Shown piece after piece: positions 59,424 to 64,000 of a DNA stretch of 64,000 nucleotides. Position 1 is the stretch's first letter. Every line of letters starts with the position of its first letter. Location of the stretch: contig CAWBQS010000003.1 of the NCBI GenBank assembly GCA_963790915.1, positions 1,603,128-1,667,127 on the forward strand, in the 5' to 3' direction. The notes beneath the pieces are model-generated. The model saw only the letters and a list, made by a program, of their open reading frames with translations. It did no database searches and was not told the DNA's origin. The translations under genes and the position numbers were made by a program. The stretch comes from an uncultured Chloroflexia bacterium (GTDB lineage Bacteria; Chloroflexota; Limnocylindria; Limnocylindrales; CSP1-4).

Positions 59424-60224
59424 TCAGGCGACCGGCTTCTTGCCCTTCGGCCAGTAGAGCTCCTTCTTGACGTGGAACTCCGGGAAGCCAGCGCCGAGGA
59501 GCACGCCCTCGACGTTGAGGATCATGTCCGGGTTGCCGCACAGGTAGACGACGGTGCCCTCCGGGGCCAGGCCATGCTCGCGACAGACGTCGAGGACGAC
59601 CGACTCCGCCCGACCCGTGTAGCCCTTCCAGCCCGCGTTGCGGGGATCGTGCGGCCGCGAGATGGTGGGCACGTACGTCATGGGGTACGTTCCGTCGCGT
59701 CCCCAGCCGTCCAGGAGGCCCTGGTAGCCCAGCTCGTCCTGGTGGCTGCAGCCGTGCAGGATGACCGTGCGCCGCGGCGTGCCCATGGCCAGCAGGTGCC
59801 GGCTCATGGCGACGAAGGGCGCGATGCCCGTGCCCGTGGCCACGAAGAGGTGTGTGCGCTCGTCGTCCGGCTCAAGGAGGAAGCGACCCTTGGGCCCGAT
59901 CATGCGCATCTCGTGGCCCACCGGCAGCCGCCACAGCAGCGTGGTGAAGCGCAGGATGGGCACGAGTCGGACGTAGAACTCGAAGCCCTCCTCACCCGTG
60001 TCCGCGGGCGCCGAGGCCACCGAGTAGGGGCGCTGGTAGAGCCGGTCGTCGGCGTAGACGCCGATGGTCATGTACTGGCCAGGCTCGAAGTGGACCGCGG
60101 GCCCGTCCGCCCGCACCCAGAAGCGCGCCAGCGAATCCGAATCGTCTTCCCGCTTGACGAGGGTGGCGTTGTAGTGCTCCTCCTCGGGCGAGATGAGGCG
60201 CATGTCGATGGGCACGTCGGTCAT
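59424..60224 (-). CDS. fpr: ferredoxin--NADP(+) reductase (bacterial FPR type)
   Basis: RPYSVAS FAD-binding motif, ATGTGIAPF NADP motif, C-terminal ELYW; 266 aa. Confidence 0.88.
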   Translation of the reverse strand: MTDVPIDMRLISPEEEHYNATLVKREDDSDSLARFWVRADGPAVHFEPGQYMTIGVYADDRLYQRPYSVASAPADTGEEGFEFYVRLVPILRFTTLLWRLPVGHEMRMIGPKGRFLLEPDDERTHLFVATGTGIAPFVAMSRHLLAMGTPRRTVILHGCSHQDELGYQGLLDGWGRDGTYPMTYVPTISRPHDPRNAGWKGYTGRAESVVLDVCREHGLAPEGTVVYLCGNPDMILNVEGVLLGAGFPEFHVKKELYWPKGKKPVA

Positions 60225-60418
60225 GCGCCCAGTCTAGCCAGTCTCGGCGGCGCCTCCGAGGCCCCGATGGGACCTCGTGAGCGGCCACTGGGCTGCCTGA
60301 TGACGGGCCGGATGGCAGGTCGGCCGTCGCGAGCGGTGCGGTACCATCCCTAGCGTCCACACACCGACGCTGCGGCCCCCCATGCCCGACAGCGCCCACC
60401 CTGAGGTCTTCGCTTCTG

Positions 60419-63209
60419 ATGTCTGCTTCGACCCGCACCCAGCACGCCGCCAAGCGCTACGTCTACTCCTGGGGAGACGGCAGCGCCGAGGGCAACGGCA
60501 CCATGAAGGACCTGCTCGGCGGCAAGGGCGCCGGCCTCGCCGAGATGACCAATGCCGGCCTGCCCACACCGCCCGGCTTCACCATCACGACGGAAGCCTG
60601 CAACGACTACTTCTCGGCCGGGAAGCAGCTGCCCGCAGGGCTCTGGGAGGACGTCCTGGAGGCCGTCAAGGAGGTCGAGGCGCGTACCGGCAAGGGCCTC
60701 GGCGACGCCCGGGACCCGCTGCTGGTGTCCGTTCGCTCCGGCGCCAAGTTCTCCATGCCCGGCATGATGGACACGGTCCTCAACCTGGGCCTCAACGAGC
60801 AGACCCTGCAGGGCCTCATCGCCAAGTCGGGCAACGAGCGCTTCGGCTGGGACGCCTATCGCCGCTTCATCGGCATGTTCGGCCGCATCGTCATGGGCGT
60901 GGAGGCACCGCGCTTCGACGAGCCGCTCGAGAAGATGAAGCACGCCCACGGCGCGGACGCCAAGGACACGGACCTCACGGTCGACGACCTCAAGTCGCTC
61001 GTCGCGACATTCAAGGCCATCGTCAAGGAGGACACCGGCTCCGACTTCCCGACCGATCCCTCCGAGCAGCTGGACCTCGCCATCAAGGCCGTCTTCGCCA
61101 GCTGGTTCGGCAAGCGCGCCAATGACTACCGCAACAGCCAGAAGATCGCGCACGACCTGGGCACCGCCGTCAACGTCGTGACCATGGTCTTCGGCAACAT
61201 GGGCGACGACTCCGGGACGGGTGTCGCCTTCACGCGCAACACCTTCGACGGCACCAAGGAGCTCTACGGCGAGTACCTCGTCAACGCCCAGGGCGAGGAC
61301 GTGGTGGCCGGCATCCGCACACCGGAGCCCATCAGCAAGCTCAAGGACGAGATGCCGGAGGCGTACGAGGAGTTCGTGCGCATCGGCAACCAGCTGGAAG
61401 CGCACTACCGGGACGTCCAGGACCTCGAGTTCACCATCGAGCAGGGCCGTCTCTACATGCTCCAGACGCGTATCGCCAAGCGCACCGCCGCTGCTGCGGT
61501 GAAGATCGCCGTCCAGATGGTGGACGAGGGCGTCATCACCGAGCGCGAGGCCGTCGAGCGCATCGAGCCTGCCCAGGTCGATCAGCTCCTGCGCGCCCAG
61601 TTCGACCCCAACGCCCGCAAGGGCGCCACGAAGGTCGCCAAGGGCCTCAACGCCTCACCCGGCGCAGCCGTGGGTCGTGCGGTCTTCAGCGCCGACACGG
61701 CCGTGGAGTGGGTCGAGAAGGGCGAGAAGGTCGTCCTCGTGCGCGTCGAGACGAGCCCGGATGATTTCCACGGCATGGCCGTGGCGCAGGGCATCCTGAC
61801 CGCTCGCGGTGGCGCCACCTCACACGCCGCGGTCGTGGCCCGCCAGATCGGCAAGCCGTGCGTGGCCGGCTGCGCCGAGCTCCTCGTGGACTACGCCACC
61901 AAGTCCGCCAAGTCCACCCTGACCGACGTCAGCTTCGGCGAGGGCGACTGGATCAGCGTTGATGGCTCCACCGGCGAGGTCTTCGTAGGCGCGCTGCCGA
62001 CCGTGGAGGCCCGCTTCGAGGACCAGCCCGAGCTCCAGCAGATCCTCGGCTGGGCGGACAAGATCCGCCGCATGCAGATCTGGACCAACGCCGACAAGCC
62101 GGAGGAGGCCGAGCAGGCCCGCGGCTATGGCGCCCAGGGGATCGGCCTCTGCCGGACCGAGCACATGTTCCGCGAGGGCGAGCGGCTCGAGATCGTGCGC
62201 GGCGCGATCCTCGTGGCCAACGTCGCCACCCGCGCCAAGGCGAAGGTCGCCGCCGGCGAAGCGCTCTCGGCCGACGAGCGAGAGGCACTGACCACGTTCG
62301 ACGACGCGATGGCCAAGCTCGAGGTCCTCCAGCAGGGCGACTTCGAGGGCATCCTCGCGGCGATGAGCGGTCTCCCGGTCGTCGTTCGCCTCATCGACCC
62401 GCCGCTGCATGAGTTCCTCCCCAACCTGGAGGAGCAGCTCGTCAAGGTGACCAGGGCCGGTGATGCGGCGACGGATGAGGACAAGGAGCTCCTTGCCACC
62501 ATCAAGTCGATGCACGAGCAGAACCCCATGCTCGGGCTCCGTGGCTGCCGCCTCGGTCTCATGATCCCGGACTTCGTCAAGATCCAGACCCGGGCCATCC
62601 TCAACGCCGCCGTGGCGGTGAAGAAGGCCGGCAAGGACCCACGACCGGAGATCATCATCCCGCTCGTGGGCCACGTGAACGAGCTGATCGCGACGCGCGC
62701 CCTGCTCGACGCCGAGGCCGCTGCCGTCGTGGCCGCCGCGGGCGAGGAGATCGACTTCAAGTTCGGCACCATGATCGAGATCCCGCGGGCCGTCTGGGTC
62801 GCCGACAAGATCGCCGAGCACGCTGAGTTCTTCAGTTTCGGCACCAACGACCTCACCCAGATGACGTTCGGTTACAGCCGCGACGACGCCGAGGGTGGAT
62901 TTCCTCCTCAAGTACGTCGAGGGCGTGGCCATCCCGGGCGAGGACAAGCCCTTCCCGATCCTCGCCGAGAACCCCTTCCAGACCCTCGACGATGTCATCG
63001 CTGACGAGATGCAGATGGCCGTGGACAAGGGCCGCGCGGCGCGCCCGAACCTCAAGGTCGGGATCTGCGGCGAGCACGGTGGCGACCCCGCGTCGATCCA
63101 CAAGTGCGAGAAGATCGGCCTCAACTACGTCTCCTGCTCGCCGTTCCGCGTGCCGGTGGCGCGCCTTGCGGCCGCCCAGGCGGTGCTTCAGACCGCGCAC
63201 GACAAGTAG
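60419..63209 (+). CDS. ppdK: pyruvate, phosphate dikinase, interrupted as sequenced by a 1-nt frameshift at the T-run 62900-62902
   Basis: ORF 60419..63004 carries [12 protein letters not shown], catalytic [12 protein letters not shown] and [27 protein letters not shown] 62895..63209 (other frame) continues with FLLKYVEG...NPFQTLD...[12 protein letters not shown]...[19 protein letters not shown]. Confidence 0.92.
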
Positions 63210-63253
63210 TCTCCCGCGGACCGGCCCACCGGACCGCGCCAAACCGGAACGCA

Positions 63254-63288
63254 GAAGGGCCCGGCCGCGATGAGCGGCCGGGCCCTTC
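63254..63288 (+). terminator. strong stem-loop after ppdK
   Basis: GAAGGGCCCGGCCGC (63254-63268), GATGA loop, GCGGCCGGGCCCTTC (63274-63288): perfect 15-bp stem 45 nt after the stop. Confidence 0.6.
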
Positions 63289-63316
63289 CCTGCACTCGCG
63301 TCGGCTCTCCTGTATG

Positions 63317-63333
63317 GTTCGCGCCGTGCGAAC
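63317..63333. promoter_or_regulatory. inverted repeat GTTCGC-N5-GCGAAC, candidate MarR operator
   Basis: Perfect 6-5-6 palindrome next to a TATGGT -10-like hexamer (63313-63318), upstream of the marR-RND pair. Confidence 0.3.
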
Positions 63334-63491
63334 TATCCGCGTGATGCGCAGCATGGCCTGCGGAGCTCCCGGCCGATGACCGGGGCCCGGCTCGAGATGC
63401 CACCGTCACCCTCATCCTCGAGCATTTCGCCTCACTGACCCGCAGGGCGGCAGGCTGGCATGCGCCGGACTTCATCGGCCTGGAGGTCACC

Positions 63492-63884
63492 ATGTCGCAG
63501 GCCAAGTGCCTGTACGTCGTGGGCCTGCATCCCGGCATCAGCCTCTCCGCCGTCGCCGAACAGCTGGGCGTCGGGCTCTCTGCCGCCAGCGGCCTCGTCG
63601 ACCGGCTCGTCGAGCACGGCTACCTGCGGCGCCAGGAGGACCCCGCTGACCGGCGACAGCACCAGCTGCAGGTGACCGAAGCCGGTGCGGCCGCCATCGA
63701 CGCCGTCCGTGAGCTCAACACGGACGTCTTTCGCGCCCTCCTCGCAGGCCTTGCGAACAAGGAACTCGACGCCCTGTGCGTCGGACTGGCAGCCCTCGAC
63801 GCCCGGGCCCACACCATCGACGCACCAGACTTCGCGGCCATCGTCAGAGCCGCCGAGCCCCGCCACGAAAGGACCCTCGGATGA
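63492..63884 (+). CDS. MarR-family transcriptional regulator (N-terminus probably incomplete as sequenced)
   Basis: Winged-HTH pattern ISLSAVAEQLGVGLSAASGLVDRLVEHGYLRRQEDPADRR. The in-frame upstream sequence still reads like MarR helix 1 but has no start codon. Confidence 0.8.
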   Translation: MSQAKCLYVVGLHPGISLSAVAEQLGVGLSAASGLVDRLVEHGYLRRQEDPADRRQHQLQVTEAGAAAIDAVRELNTDVFRALLAGLANKELDALCVGLAALDARAHTIDAPDFAAIVRAAEPRHERTLG

Positions 63885-64000
63885 TCCGTCTCACCCAGTT
63901 CGCCCTGCGCGAGAAGTCCGTGATGATCCTGCTGGCGGTCGGTGTCTTCATCGGCGGCCTGTACTCATGGGGTCAGCTCCAGCAGGAGCTCATCCCGGAC
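63881..64000 (+). CDS. RND (AcrB/MMPL-like) efflux transporter, 5' fragment running off the window
   Basis: ATGA overlap with the marR stop. MIRLTQFALREKSVMILLAVGVFIGGLYSWGQLQQELIPD matches the typical RND N-terminus and first TM helix. Confidence 0.6.
   Translation, partial: MIRLTQFALREKSVMILLAVGVFIGGLYSWGQLQQELIPD

Noticed and set aside
62895-63209. The 104-aa ORF as an independent gene.
   Set aside because: It is the C-terminal PPDK domain ([17 protein letters not shown]) displaced by the frameshift, not a separate gene.

Overview
This is a very GC-rich bacterial chromosome segment; third codon positions are almost all G/C by eye, and nothing was computed. It is almost entirely core housekeeping.

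**Positions 1 to about 51.96 kb (every gene on the + strand):**
- tRNA-Trp, secE-nusG, rplK-rplA, rplJ-rplL and rpoB-rpoC.
- The str operon (rpsL-rpsG-fusA-tuf) runs without a break into the S10, spc and alpha ribosomal-protein operons (rpsJ through rplQ, including secY-adk-map-infA-rpmJ).
- Then truA-rplM-rpsI, a TPR-like protein, and glmM-glmS-acpS-nnrD-alr.
- Then three uncharacterised genes, tsaE-tsaB-rimI-tsaD, rsmA-ispE-ridA-glmU, and a CBS/CNNM-type membrane protein.

**Last 12 kb (strand switches several times):**
- A polyprenyl synthase (-), recO, two small signal-peptide proteins, and glyQS.
- An NfnAB/SudAB-like flavoprotein pair (-) and an FPR-type ferredoxin-NADP reductase (-).
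- ppdK, then a marR gene and the start of an RND efflux gene.

Gene order downstream of rplQ and the coiled-coil insertion in beta-prime look Actinomycetota-like. I saw no CRISPR array, transposase, integrase, phage or recognisable defence gene.

**Points worth a second look:**
1. A three-gene cassette of unknown function (40.68-43.74 kb) sits between alr and tsaE.
2. rpoB (3' end) and ppdK both carry clear single-nucleotide frameshifts. Both lie in the same local context, GGA-T(n)-CCTC.
3. The marR gene may carry a third indel.
4. Lineage-specific elaborations of core proteins: an enlarged beta-prime coiled-coil insert, an L24 with an insertion and a CxxC...CxxC ribbon, and an S12 insertion.
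5. A perfect 9-bp x5 in-frame tandem repeat in rimI.
6. Two adjacent secreted proteins of unknown family between recO and glyQS.

Start codons were chosen by hand from the ORF track, Shine-Dalgarno spacing and homology memory. They may be off by a few codons.
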